Assembly (NCBI GenBank): GCA_963832165.1
Contig: CAWHTE010000007.1
Coordinates: forward strand, 544,001 to 608,000
Direction: 5' to 3'
Source of the DNA: an uncultured delta proteobacterium
GTDB taxonomy: Bacteria > Myxococcota_A > UBA9160 > SMWR01
DNA: 64,000 nucleotides
The notes below the pieces were generated by a model, which saw nothing but the letters and a program-made list of their open reading frames with translations, was not told the DNA's origin and did not search any database. This document shows positions 19,964-29,750 of the stretch, in pieces; position 1 is the first letter of the stretch, and each line of letters opens with the position of its first letter. Position numbers and translations under genes: made by a program.

Positions 19964-22447
19964 ATGGCAGTGTCGGAGCTCGCGACGGTTCCTCGCCCCC
20001 TCTCTCCTTACCGCGTCCTCGACCTCACCGACGCGCGCGCGGGGCTCGGCGCGATGGTGCTCGCGGGGCTCGGCGCCGACGTGATCCGCGTGGAGCCGCC
20101 GGGCGGGTGCGACGCGCGGCGTGCAGCGCCGCTCGTGCCCGGCCTCCCCGACACCCTCGCGAGCCTGCGCTTCCACGCGTTCGAGCGCGGCAAGCGCAGC
20201 GTCGTGCTCGATCTCGAGAGCGCGCGCGGCCGCGCGGATTTCGAAGCGCTCGTCGCGAGCGCGCACTTCGTGATCGAGAACGCGGGCCCGGGCGCGTCCG
20301 ACGCGCGCGGGCTCGGCTTCGCGGCGCTGCGCGAGCTGCGGCCCGATCTCGTGTACGTCGCGATCAGCCCGTTCGGTCAGGACGGGCCTTATGCACACCA
20401 TCTCGCGACCGATCTCACGCTCTCCGCGATGGGCGGGATGATGTCGCTGCTAGGTGAGCCCGATCGCCGGCCCGTGCGCATCACGGTTCCCCAGACCTGG
20501 TACCACGCGTCGGTGGAGGGCGCGCTCGCGGCGTTGGTCGCGCACGAGCGCAGGCTGCAGACCGGCGAGGCGCAGTTCGTCGACGTGTCGGTGCAGGCGG
20601 CCGTGTTCTGGACCGGCCTCAACGCGATGATCGCGCACGCGATCCAGGGCAAGAACATCGAGCGCAATGGGACGTGGCTTCAGCTCAGCACGCTCGTCAC
20701 GCCGCTCGTGTACCCGTGCGCGGACGGCGAGGTGACGTTGATCGCGACGACTGCCACGCTCGTGCCGCTGATTCCGTGGATGATCGAGACGGGCGTGATC
20801 GACGAGGCGTGGGCCGCGCTCGAGGACTGGCGCACCTACGAAGCGCGCATGCTCACGGGGGCCGAGCTCGCGATTCCGCTGCCCACACTGCGCGAGAAGA
20901 TCGAGCAGTTCACGCGCAAGCTCACCAAGGCCGACCTGTTCGCGGGCGGCATCGCGCGCAGCATCACGCTCGCGCCCGTCAACACGACCTCCGACGTCCT
21001 CGCGCTCGACCACCTCGCGCACCGCGACTTCTGGCGTCCCATCCCTCTTCCCGACGGTCGCACCCTGCGCGCCGCGGGCTCGTTCGCGCGCCTCTCCCGC
21101 ACTCCCATCTCGTTCCGTCCCGCCCCCGACCTCGGCGAGCACACGGCAGAAATCGTAGGGCGGGAGGAGCCGGCGAAGCCGGCGGATCCCGCCTTCCGCG
21201 GCACCCGGCCCGCGACGGCGACCACGCGGGCACAGCCCCGTCTGCCGTTCGAGGGCGTCAAATTCGCCGACTTCTCCTGGATCGGCGTGGGCCCGATCAC
21301 CGCGAAAGTCTTCGCCGACCACGGCGCCACGGTCGTCCGCGTCGAAACCGACAAGCCCGCCGACCGCCTCCGACTCGTCGGTCCGTTCAAGGACGGCATC
21401 GGCGGCATCAACCGCTGCCAGTTCTTCGGCTCGTTCAACACCTCGAAGCTCTCGCTCCAGCTCGACCTCAAGCACCCCGAAGGCATCGCGATCGCCAAAC
21501 GCCTGCTCCAATGGGCCGACATCTGCCTCGACTCGTTCACGGCGGGCACCATGACCGAGCTCGGCCTCGGCTACGACGTCGCACGCGAGCTGAATCCGGG
21601 CCTGATCATGGCGAGCACGTGCCTGATGGGTCAGACCGGACCCGCTGCGAAGCTCGCGGGCTACGGCTACCACGCGGCGTCGGTGTGCGGCTTCTACGAG
21701 GTGACGGGCTGGGACGACCGCGCGCCCGGCGGCCCGTTCAACGCCTACACCGACACCATCGCGCCGCGCTTCCTCGCCACCGTGCTCATGGCCGCGCTCG
21801 ACGATCGCCGCCGCACCGGCGAGGGGCAGTACATCGATCAGGCGCAGATGGAATCGTCGCTGCACTTCCTCGGCCCCGAGCTGCTCGAGGCGCAGATCAC
21901 GGGGAAGGATGCGCGCCGCGCGGGCAACTACTCCGCCACCGCCGTCCCGCACGACTCCTATCCTTGTCAGGGCGACGACCAGTGGTGCGCCATCGCGTGC
22001 GAGACGGACGAGCAGTGGCGCGCGCTGCGGCGCGAGCTAGGCGATCCCGAGTGGGCGCGAGCACGAGAGCTCGACGCGCTGCCCGGCCGCCTCGCTCAGC
22101 GCGATCTCATCGACCGCGAGCTCGCCGCGTTCACCGCGAAGCACCCGCCGCGCGCGCTCATGGATCGGCTCCAGGCCGCCGGCATCCCGGCCGGCATGGT
22201 TCAGCGCTCGAGCGATCACCAGGAAGACCCCCAGCTCGCCCACCGCGAGTTCTTCCGCCCGCTCGAGCATCCCGAAATGGGCCTCGTCCCGTACGAAGGC
22301 CACGCCTACCGCATCTCGGGCTACGACCACGGAGCGCGCTCACCGGCTCCCTGCCTCGGCGAGCACACCTATCAGGTCCTGCAAGAAGTGCTCGGGCTCG
22401 ACGACGACGAGATCGCGCGGGTGTTGGGAAGCGGGGCGTGCGGATAG
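19964..22447 (+). CDS. CaiB/BaiF (family III) CoA-transferase with two fused domains
   Basis: Two PLxGx(R/K)..D..GA.V.RVE units (YRVLDLT..GADVIRVEPPGG and FEGVKFADFSW..GATVVRVE), each ending APxLGEHT. Confidence 0.9.
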   Translation: MAVSELATVPRPLSPYRVLDLTDARAGLGAMVLAGLGADVIRVEPPGGCDARRAAPLVPGLPDTLASLRFHAFERGKRSVVLDLESARGRADFEALVASAHFVIENAGPGASDARGLGFAALRELRPDLVYVAISPFGQDGPYAHHLATDLTLSAMGGMMSLLGEPDRRPVRITVPQTWYHASVEGALAALVAHERRLQTGEAQFVDVSVQAAVFWTGLNAMIAHAIQGKNIERNGTWLQLSTLVTPLVYPCADGEVTLIATTATLVPLIPWMIETGVIDEAWAALEDWRTYEARMLTGAELAIPLPTLREKIEQFTRKLTKADLFAGGIARSITLAPVNTTSDVLALDHLAHRDFWRPIPLPDGRTLRAAGSFARLSRTPISFRPAPDLGEHTAEIVGREEPAKPADPAFRGTRPATATTRAQPRLPFEGVKFADFSWIGVGPITAKVFADHGATVVRVETDKPADRLRLVGPFKDGIGGINRCQFFGSFNTSKLSLQLDLKHPEGIAIAKRLLQWADICLDSFTAGTMTELGLGYDVARELNPGLIMASTCLMGQTGPAAKLAGYGYHAASVCGFYEVTGWDDRAPGGPFNAYTDTIAPRFLATVLMAALDDRRRTGEGQYIDQAQMESSLHFLGPELLEAQITGKDARRAGNYSATAVPHDSYPCQGDDQWCAIACETDEQWRALRRELGDPEWARARELDALPGRLAQRDLIDRELAAFTAKHPPRALMDRLQAAGIPAGMVQRSSDHQEDPQLAHREFFRPLEHPEMGLVPYEGHAYRISGYDHGARSPAPCLGEHTYQVLQEVLGLDDDEIARVLGSGACG

Positions 22448-22449
22448 GG

Positions 22450-24297
22450 ATGTACTTCCGGGCCCGTAGACGCGGGCGAGTGGTCGAGATCCTCGCTTTG
22501 ATCGTCCTCACCGGAGCCGTGCAATGCGCGAGCGCGCCACCCGCGCCGCCGGACTCTCCATCGACCTGCGAGGGCCCCGTCATTCGCGGGCCGATCGGTG
22601 GTTCGAATCCCACGCTGACCGGCTTCGCCGACTATCACGCGCACATGTTCTCCGAGGTGTCGTTCGGGCAGTACGGGTTCCATGGTCACAGCTATCCGCC
22701 GATCGACGCGCCGCCCGAGCAGCAGCTCGGCGATTCGCTCGGGCCGTGTCGTCACGCGGATTTGCGCCATACGAGGACCGGCCTCTCGGTGCGCTTCATC
22801 GAGCGGTCTCACGGGACGCAGGGGTATCCGACGTTCGCGAAGTGGCCGAACTACTGGATGCTGCTCCATCAACAGATGTACGTGGACTGGGTGTATCGCG
22901 CGTATCGCCATGGTCTGCGGCTCATGGTCATGACGATCACGCACAGTCGCACGCTCTGTGAGCGCTTCCACAAGGATCCCGATGCACCGTGCGGCGACGA
23001 CGCCGTGATCGCGCTCCAGATCGAAGCGATGCGGGGCATGCTCGACGCGATTGCGGAGCGCGAGGGCGGCTGGATGCGCCTCGCGCACTCGTCGCAGGAA
23101 GCGGCCGAGATCATCCGCGACAACCGATTGGCGCTCGTGCTCGCGGTCGAAGTCGACACGCTGTTCGAATGCGGGGTCGAAGGGGATGCGCGCTGCCGCT
23201 CCGAATCGTACGGGCCCGCGCTCGATTGGATGTACGGCGCTGGCGTCCGGCACCTCATTCCCATCCATCTGATCGACAACGGCTTCGGCGGCGCCGCGAT
23301 CTACGACGACCACATGAACGTCAACCAGATCTATCTGCGCAATACGCTGCTGCAGCCGGATCCAGCGGGGTGCGAGGACGAGCGGGTCGACTTCGAGTTC
23401 AGCGGCACCTCCGCGACGTTGGTTACGGCGATGCTGTCGGTCGGGCGTTCCTACCTTCCGCGCTATCCGCGAAGCCCGAAGGGCAAAGAGGGCCATTGCA
23501 ACGTGCGGGGTCTCACGAAGGATGGCGAACAGCTCGTCCGTGGCTTGATGCGCAGGGGCATGCTGATCGATCTCGAGCACATGTCGGAGCGCTCGATGGA
23601 TGGAACCCTGGAGCTCGCGCGCGCGAACTGCGCCGATCTGGCGCGCGGGCGCACGTGTTATCCGCTGCTGAGCTCGCACAGCTGGCCGCGCGACCTCAAG
23701 CGCAGGCTTCGCGACGGGGAGAAGGTGGGATTCGTGCGGCCCGGCGAGGTGATCGAGACCACGACGGAGCTGCAGAAGTCCCCCGCCGTTCTCGCGGCGA
23801 TTCGCGAGCTCGGTGGCGTGGTGGGCATGATCACCAATCAGGGGCGGTTGTATCGCGGTGAGGATGAGATTCCCGATGAGTGCCCGACGTCTTCAGAGGC
23901 GGTCGCACACGCGCTCGCGTACGCGGTGAAGGAGATGGGCGGGAAGGGTGGAGTCGGCTTCGGAACCGACTTCAATGGATTCGCGGGACAGCCGGGTCCG
24001 CGATTCGGGACGCATGCGTGTGGAGATCGCGGGACGCAGGACCAGCGAGCGCAGCTCGACTATCCGTTCACGGACCAGTTCGGCGAGGCGACGCAGTGCA
24101 CGCGGGCCGGGCAGCGCGACTTCGATTTCAATCGCGATGGGCTGGCGCACTATGGGCTGTTGCCGGACCTGATTGCGGACATGAACCTGGTCGGTGCGGA
24201 CGACGAGGTCGTCGACATGTTGTTCTCGTCGGCGCGGGCGTATGTCGAGATGTGGGAGCGGGCGGAGGCGGTGGCGCGCGTAAACAACGAACCGTAG
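22450..24297 (+). CDS. Exported membrane dipeptidase (M19/amidohydrolase)-family protein
   Basis: Signal or lipobox-like ..LTGAVQC; FADYHAH, PIHLIDNGFGG, GMLIDLEHMS, SSHS, GFGTDFNG and GLAHYGLLPD. Confidence 0.8.
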   Translation: MYFRARRRGRVVEILALIVLTGAVQCASAPPAPPDSPSTCEGPVIRGPIGGSNPTLTGFADYHAHMFSEVSFGQYGFHGHSYPPIDAPPEQQLGDSLGPCRHADLRHTRTGLSVRFIERSHGTQGYPTFAKWPNYWMLLHQQMYVDWVYRAYRHGLRLMVMTITHSRTLCERFHKDPDAPCGDDAVIALQIEAMRGMLDAIAEREGGWMRLAHSSQEAAEIIRDNRLALVLAVEVDTLFECGVEGDARCRSESYGPALDWMYGAGVRHLIPIHLIDNGFGGAAIYDDHMNVNQIYLRNTLLQPDPAGCEDERVDFEFSGTSATLVTAMLSVGRSYLPRYPRSPKGKEGHCNVRGLTKDGEQLVRGLMRRGMLIDLEHMSERSMDGTLELARANCADLARGRTCYPLLSSHSWPRDLKRRLRDGEKVGFVRPGEVIETTTELQKSPAVLAAIRELGGVVGMITNQGRLYRGEDEIPDECPTSSEAVAHALAYAVKEMGGKGGVGFGTDFNGFAGQPGPRFGTHACGDRGTQDQRAQLDYPFTDQFGEATQCTRAGQRDFDFNRDGLAHYGLLPDLIADMNLVGADDEVVDMLFSSARAYVEMWERAEAVARVNNEP

Positions 24298-24312
24298 AAG
24301 TGGGGGCCTCTT

Positions 24313-24564
24313 ATGGGCATCATCGTCTGGTTGATCGTGGGCGGCGTCGTCGGCTGGCTCGCGAGCATCGTCATGAAGACGAACGCGCAGCAGGGCATTC
24401 TCGGGAACGTGCTGATCGGGATCGTCGGCGCGTTTCTGGGTGGACAGCTGCTGGGTGGCTCGATCAATGCGGGGCTCAGCCTGCGCAGCTTCGTGGTGTC
24501 GCTCCTGGGCGCGATCCTGCTGCTGGGGCTGATCAACCTGATCCGGCGCGGACGGGTGCGTTAG
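24313..24564 (+). CDS. GlsB/YeaQ/YmgE (transglycosylase-associated) membrane protein
   Basis: IIVWLIVGGVVGWLAS..GIVGAFLGG..SLLGAILLL pattern, 83 aa. Confidence 0.92.
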   Translation: MGIIVWLIVGGVVGWLASIVMKTNAQQGILGNVLIGIVGAFLGGQLLGGSINAGLSLRSFVVSLLGAILLLGLINLIRRGRVR

Positions 24565-26561
24565 TCGGCGTAGTCGCGCAGCGGGGGCTCGGCGGTGACG
24601 GAGGGGCCGAAGACGATCGTCTCGCCGCCGTTGCCGTAGACGACGGCTTCCGCGGCGGCGGCGTCGTCGGGAGTCAGGCCGGGCAGGAAGAGCTGCGTGC
24701 AGACGGCGAGCGTGTCGAGGCGCGCCGGATCGGCGGGGCCGGGGTGCGTGAGCGCGTCGAGCACGAGCGTGAAGACAGCGGCGTCGACGGGCTGGCCGCC
24801 GTGATTGACGAACCGGCCCGGACAGATGTCCTGGATCATGATCGCGGTTCCGCCCGCGAGTGCGGCGGTGGGCGTGGGCAGGACGGGCTGCACGAGCTCG
24901 TCGTGGAGGCTGTAGAGGCTCGTGTAGTCGATCGAACCGGGCGTCTCGTCGTCGGCGTTGAGCGCGCTGATGAAGAGCGAGCTCGGCCGCATCTGCCACA
25001 CCGCGGGGGCGAACGTGCCGCCCACGGTCGCGACATCGCCTAGCAGCGTGCCGTGGTGCGGCGTCGCGAGCGTCACGATGTCGTCTACCGCGGCCCGCAC
25101 GTCGGGCCAGTACTTCACGGCCCAGCGCGGCTCGAGCCCGCCCTGGCTGTAGCCGACCATGTCCACCTTCTTGCCCGACGCCTCCCGGATCACGCGCACC
25201 GCATGCACGACGTACTCGACGGAGGTCTGGATGTCGGTGAGCGCGAAGCTGGGCAGGCGCACCGTGCACACGTCGAAGCCCATGTCGGGCAGGACCTTCT
25301 GGTAGGTGAGCGCCCAGTGGTCTTCGGGTCGACCCGCGGTGCCGTGTACGAGGAGAATGGGCTCGTGCTCACCCGAGAACGCGATCGGGCATTGGATGGC
25401 GCGGTCGAGCGTGGCTCGGTCGGTTTCGAGCGCGGGGCCGGCTGATGCAGGGCTTGCAGCGGTGAGCGTCAGGCCGATCGATGCCGCAGCGAGGACGGCG
25501 AGACCTCGTGTGGAGTTGCGGCGGACTACGCTGCCCTTCGGGCGAATCCGCCCGACGAGAACGAGCGCAAGAATTCCCGCCAGGAGCCCCGCCGCGCGCG
25601 AAGGCTCCGGTAGCGCGTACTCTCGGACCGGAGGCTCGGCGGGGACCTTCTGGCCCAGGAGTCCGACCGACTCGAGTCCGTTCGCGTAGACGACCTCTTG
25701 CGCGATCACCACGTCGTCGGGCGTGAGGCCGGGTACGAAGAGCTCGGTGCAGACCGCCGAGCCCACGCGCGCGGGAACGGCGGGCCCCGGGTGCGAGAGC
25801 GCGTCGAGCAGGAGCGCAAACACCGCGGCGTCGAACGGCTCGAGCCCGTGCTGGACGGGTCGACCGATGCAGACGTCCTGGATCGCGATGTTGGTGGCGC
25901 CCGCGAGCGCGGCGGTCGGCGTCGGCAATGCCGGCTGCACGAGCTCGTCCGTGAGGCTGTAGATGCTCGTGTAGTCGATCGCGCCGGGCGTCTCGTCGCC
26001 GGCGTTGAGGGCCTGGAGAAAGTTCGACGGGCCCAGGTAGTTCATCTGCCAGACGGCCGCCTGGCAGGTGGCCAGACACAACACATCGGTGGCGATCGCG
26101 CCGTGGTGCGGCGATGCGAGCGTGACGAGATCGTCCACGCTCTCGCGCACGTCGGGCCAGTACTTGAATGCCCAGCGCGGCTCGAGCCCGCCCTGGCTGT
26201 AGCCGACCAGGTCCACTTTCTTGCCCGACTTCGCCGCGATCGCGCGCACCGCGTGCACGACGTACTCGGCCGCGACCTGGATGTCGCCTAGCGCGAGGTC
26301 GGGCAGACGCACCGTGCATACGTCGTAGCCGAGGTCGGGCATGATCTTCGAGTAACCGAGCGCCCAGTGATCTTCGGGGCGGCCCGCGGTGCCTTGCACG
26401 AGCAGCACGGGCTCGTGTGCGCCCGAGAACGAGACGGGGCAGCGCACGGCGCGGTCGAGGTCGGTGGGGTTGGTCTCGAGGGCGGGACCGATCGCGGAGG
26501 CCGGAGTGGCGGCGGCGAGTAACAGGACCGCGGCGATGTAACCGATCCTCTTGAACGGCAT
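24561..26561 (-). CDS. Tandem CalB-like lipase: two alpha/beta-hydrolase domains joined by PEP-CTERM and an internal signal peptide (666 aa)
   Basis: Two copies each of GYSQGG, DELVQP and a catalytic His (VQHG, VNHG); N-terminal signal ending PASA; linker LPEPSRAAGLLAGILALVLVGRIRPK..RRNSTRGLAVLAAASIGLTLTAASPASA. Confidence 0.85.
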   Translation of the reverse strand: MPFKRIGYIAAVLLLAAATPASAIGPALETNPTDLDRAVRCPVSFSGAHEPVLLVQGTAGRPEDHWALGYSKIMPDLGYDVCTVRLPDLALGDIQVAAEYVVHAVRAIAAKSGKKVDLVGYSQGGLEPRWAFKYWPDVRESVDDLVTLASPHHGAIATDVLCLATCQAAVWQMNYLGPSNFLQALNAGDETPGAIDYTSIYSLTDELVQPALPTPTAALAGATNIAIQDVCIGRPVQHGLEPFDAAVFALLLDALSHPGPAVPARVGSAVCTELFVPGLTPDDVVIAQEVVYANGLESVGLLGQKVPAEPPVREYALPEPSRAAGLLAGILALVLVGRIRPKGSVVRRNSTRGLAVLAAASIGLTLTAASPASAGPALETDRATLDRAIQCPIAFSGEHEPILLVHGTAGRPEDHWALTYQKVLPDMGFDVCTVRLPSFALTDIQTSVEYVVHAVRVIREASGKKVDMVGYSQGGLEPRWAVKYWPDVRAAVDDIVTLATPHHGTLLGDVATVGGTFAPAVWQMRPSSLFISALNADDETPGSIDYTSLYSLHDELVQPVLPTPTAALAGGTAIMIQDICPGRFVNHGGQPVDAAVFTLVLDALTHPGPADPARLDTLAVCTQLFLPGLTPDDAAAAEAVVYGNGGETIVFGPSVTAEPPLRDYAD

Positions 26562-26683
26562 CAATAATCTGCCCCTCGGCGCGCAGTATCGCATGCCTGC
26601 GGGCGCCGCTCCCCCGCGATGTGGTTCGAAGACATAACGAACCCTCTTGCGTAGGCGCGGCGCGGGCCTAGCCATACTCGACC

Positions 26684-27712
26684 ATGGAAAATCTCCGTCT
26701 TCGACTCGTTTCGACGCGCGCGGCTGACCTGCGCGAAGCGCCCGCACCCGCGGCGGCGCCGGATCGCGACGTGCACCTGCTCGACGCCTACTCGCGTGCA
26801 GTGATCGACGTGGTGGAGGCCGTCGGGCCCGCCGTGATCGGCGTGCGCGCGGGGAAGTGGTCCGGCGGGCAGCCGGGCGGTCCCGGAGGCTCGGGCTCGG
26901 GCGTGCTGATCGCGCCCGACGGTTATGCGCTCACGAACGATCACGTCGTGGCCGCGTCGGCGAACGGCGTGCACGCGGCGCTTCCCGACGGTCGCACGCT
27001 AGGCTCGCGAGTGGTCGGCCGCGATCCGGCCACCGACCTCGCGCTGCTCCAGGTCGAGGGCAGCGCGCTGCCGTTCGCGCACCTCGAGGCGGAGCGGCTC
27101 GCGCGCCCGGGTCAGCTCGCGGTGGCGATCGGAAACCCGCTCGGCTTCGACTCGACGGTGACGTCGGGGATCGTTTCCGCCACGGGCCGCGCGCTGCGGA
27201 GCGTGCATGGGCGGCTCATCGAGAGCGTGATTCAGCACACGGCGCCGCTGAACCCGGGCAACTCGGGTGGCCCGCTGCTCGATGCGAGCGGCGCGGTCAT
27301 CGGGATCAACACCGCGATCATCGCGTTCGCGCAGGGGATCGGCTTCGCGATCCCCGCGACGACGGCCGACTTCGTGGTGAGCCAGCTGCTCCAGCACGGC
27401 CGCGTGCGCCGCGCGCGGCTCGGGCTCGCGGGTCGCACGCGCCCGATCGATCGCCGGCTCGCGCGCCTGCTCGGGCTCGCGAGCGATTCGGCGGTGGAGA
27501 TCCTGTCGCTCTCGGAACCGAGCGCGGCCGCGCGCGCGGGTCTGCGCGCAGGAGATTGGCTGCTCGCGCTCGACGGCGAGCCGACGCCGTCCGTCGACGC
27601 GCTGCAGCGGCTGCTCACGGTGGAGCGGATCGGGAAGCCGATCGAGATCTCGCTGCTGCGCGGGCGCGAGCGCGTGTCGGCGGCGGTGGTCCCCGAGTCC
27701 GACGAGTCGTAG
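26684..27712 (+). CDS. HtrA/DegP-like trypsin serine protease with one PDZ domain
   Basis: GSGSG, TNDHVV, DLALL, AIGNPLG, LNPGNSGGPL and a C-terminal PDZ domain. Confidence 0.92.
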   Translation: MENLRLRLVSTRAADLREAPAPAAAPDRDVHLLDAYSRAVIDVVEAVGPAVIGVRAGKWSGGQPGGPGGSGSGVLIAPDGYALTNDHVVAASANGVHAALPDGRTLGSRVVGRDPATDLALLQVEGSALPFAHLEAERLARPGQLAVAIGNPLGFDSTVTSGIVSATGRALRSVHGRLIESVIQHTAPLNPGNSGGPLLDASGAVIGINTAIIAFAQGIGFAIPATTADFVVSQLLQHGRVRRARLGLAGRTRPIDRRLARLLGLASDSAVEILSLSEPSAAARAGLRAGDWLLALDGEPTPSVDALQRLLTVERIGKPIEISLLRGRERVSAAVVPESDES

Positions 27713-27727
27713 TACATTCCGGGCCCG

Positions 27728-28381
27728 ATGAACTTCATCGAACAGCTCCGGCAGAATCTGTCACCGGGCGATTTCGCGCGCATGATGGATTGGATGGCCG
27801 GCCTCGGCGACGCCGAGCGCTTGGAGATGATGCAGTTCATCGCGTCGCGCGAGACGCACGCGCCCGCGGTAGGCGCCGCCGCGCCGGACTTCGATCTGCC
27901 GCTGCGCGGCAGCAGTGCGCGCGTGCGCCTCTCGAGCTTCGAGGGAACGCGGCCTGTCGCACTGATCTTCGGCAGCTATACCTGACCGCCGTTCCGTGCC
28001 CAGGTTGGGCACCTCGAAGAGCTCCAGGATCGCTTCGGCGATCGAGTCGCGTTCTTCGTGGTCTACATCCGCGAGGCGCACCCTACCGACGGCTGGCAGG
28101 TCGAGGACAACGAACGCGACGTCGTGTACTTCCCGCAGCCGAAGACGCTCGGCGACCGCGTCGCAGTCGCCGACGCGTGCGCGCTGCGCCTCGAGCTCTC
28201 GATTCCGACGCTGATCGACGACATGGAGAACTCGACCGATCAGAAATACTACGCGCTGCCCGACCGCCTCTACCTGATCGGCCGCGACGGCACGATCGCC
28301 TACCGCGGTGCGCCCGGGCCGTGGGGATTCGTGGCGGCAGAGCTGGAGAAGGCGATCGAGGGGTACCTCGAGCACGAGTGA
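27728..28381 (+). CDS. Iodothyronine deiodinase-like selenoprotein (Sec at UGA 27983-27985, 217 aa)
   Basis: ORFs 27728..27985 and 28058..28381 are in one frame separated only by TGA. Read-through gives APDFDL..PVALIFGSYT-U-PPF..VYIREAHPTDGW..LIDDMEN..YYALPDRLYLI, the deiodinase signature. Confidence 0.9.
27996..28012 (+). promoter_or_regulatory. Bacterial SECIS hairpin
   Basis: GTGCCC-AGGTT-GGGCAC stem-loop starting 10 nt after the in-frame UGA, with a G-containing apical loop. Confidence 0.8.
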
Positions 28382-28446
28382 GCCCCGGGCTTGATCGAGG
28401 ACGCAGTCGCAGCGATCCCGTGAGGAAGCGCGGTACGATCCCGACC

Positions 28447-29181
28447 GTGCAACCGCCCCCCTCGAACAAGAAGATTCCGCCGCGCGAGCGGCTGATCTTC
28501 CCGCTCGACGTCGACACGCGCGAGCAGGCCAGCGCGCTAGTGCAGCAGCTCGGCGACGCGGTCTGGTTCTACAAGGTCGGGCTCCAGCTGTTCATGAGCG
28601 GGAACTACTGGGACCTCGTGGCGCAGCTGGTCGACGCGGGCAAGAAGGTGTTCGTCGACCTGAAGTTCTACGACGTACCCGAGACGGTGTCGTCGGCGGT
28701 ACGCCGCATGAAGGACTGCGGCGCCGAGTTCGCCACGATCCACGGCAACGACGCGATCGTCGCGGCCGCGTGCGCGGTGCCGCGCAACCGGCTCAAGCTG
28801 CTCGCGGTGACCGTGCTCACGAGCTTCGACGCGGGCGACCTGAAGGACCTCGGTGTGCCGGCGTCCGTGTCCGTCGAAGACCTCGTGCTCTCGCGCGCGC
28901 GGCGTGCGCTCGCGCTCGGCTGCGACGGCGTGATCTCGTCGGGGCTCGAGGCGCGCGCGCTGCGCGAAGAGCTCGGCGAGCAGCTCCTGATCGTGTCGCC
29001 GGGGATCCGACCGTTCGAGAACCGGCGCGTGCCCGACGATCAGAAGCGCATCGTCACGCCCGAGGAGGCATTCACGAGCGGAGCGGACTACATCGTGGTG
29101 GGCCGGCCGATCCGCTCCGCGCCCGACCCGCGCGCGGCGGCGATGGCAATTCAGGCCACGATCGCGGAGATTTTCGGCTGA
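28447..29181 (+). CDS. pyrF: Orotidine-5'-phosphate decarboxylase
   Basis: LIFPLD, YKVG, FVDLKFYDVPETV, AVTVLTS, PGIRP, DDQKRI, VVGRPI. Start uncertain (28420 or 28447). Confidence 0.95.
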   Translation: MQPPPSNKKIPPRERLIFPLDVDTREQASALVQQLGDAVWFYKVGLQLFMSGNYWDLVAQLVDAGKKVFVDLKFYDVPETVSSAVRRMKDCGAEFATIHGNDAIVAAACAVPRNRLKLLAVTVLTSFDAGDLKDLGVPASVSVEDLVLSRARRALALGCDGVISSGLEARALREELGEQLLIVSPGIRPFENRRVPDDQKRIVTPEEAFTSGADYIVVGRPIRSAPDPRAAAMAIQATIAEIFG

Positions 29182-29741
29182 TGGACCGACACCCGGATCT
29201 CGCCAAGCTGCTCGTCGCGCGCTCCTACGTCGAGGGCGACTTCCTGCTCGCATCGGGGCGCCGCAGCACCTCGTACTTCGACTGCAAGCTCACCACCTGC
29301 TTCGCGGAGGCGATGCCGCTGATCGGCGCCGCGTTCCTGGACGAGTTCGCGCGCGCGGGCACGAACCCGCGCTGCGTGGGCGGGCTCACGAGCGGCGCCG
29401 ACCCGATCGCGCAGGCGATTGCGTACCACTCACTCGTGCAGGGCCCTGTGCGCGACTACTTCATCGTGCGCAAGGACCGCAAGGACCACGGCACGCGCAA
29501 GTGGATCGAGGGCTGCGCGGAGAGCCCGATCGCGATCGTCGACGACGTGGTGACGAGCGGCGGCTCGGTGCTGAAGGCGATCGAGCGCTGCCTCGAAGAG
29601 GGGCTCGAGATCGTGCACGTGGCGGTGCTGGTCGACCGCGAAGAGGGCGGCATGGACGCGATCCGCGCGCGCGTTCCGGGCGTGCCGGTGACGGCGGTGT
29701 TCCAGCGGTCGCAGCTCGACGCGTTGCGCGGGCGCCGGTAG
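29181..29741 (+). CDS. pyrE: Orotate phosphoribosyltransferase
   Basis: GDFLLASGRRSTSYFD, RKDRKDHG, PRPP motif IVDDVVTSGGS, LVDREEG; TGATG overlap with pyrF. Confidence 0.93.
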   Translation: MDRHPDLAKLLVARSYVEGDFLLASGRRSTSYFDCKLTTCFAEAMPLIGAAFLDEFARAGTNPRCVGGLTSGADPIAQAIAYHSLVQGPVRDYFIVRKDRKDHGTRKWIEGCAESPIAIVDDVVTSGGSVLKAIERCLEEGLEIVHVAVLVDREEGGMDAIRARVPGVPVTAVFQRSQLDALRGRR

Positions 29742-29750
29742 CGATCGGCA

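Noticed and set aside
20674..22449. N-terminal part of the 1207-aa ORF
   Set aside because: Off-frame overlap with the CoA-transferase; the real gene starts near 22450.
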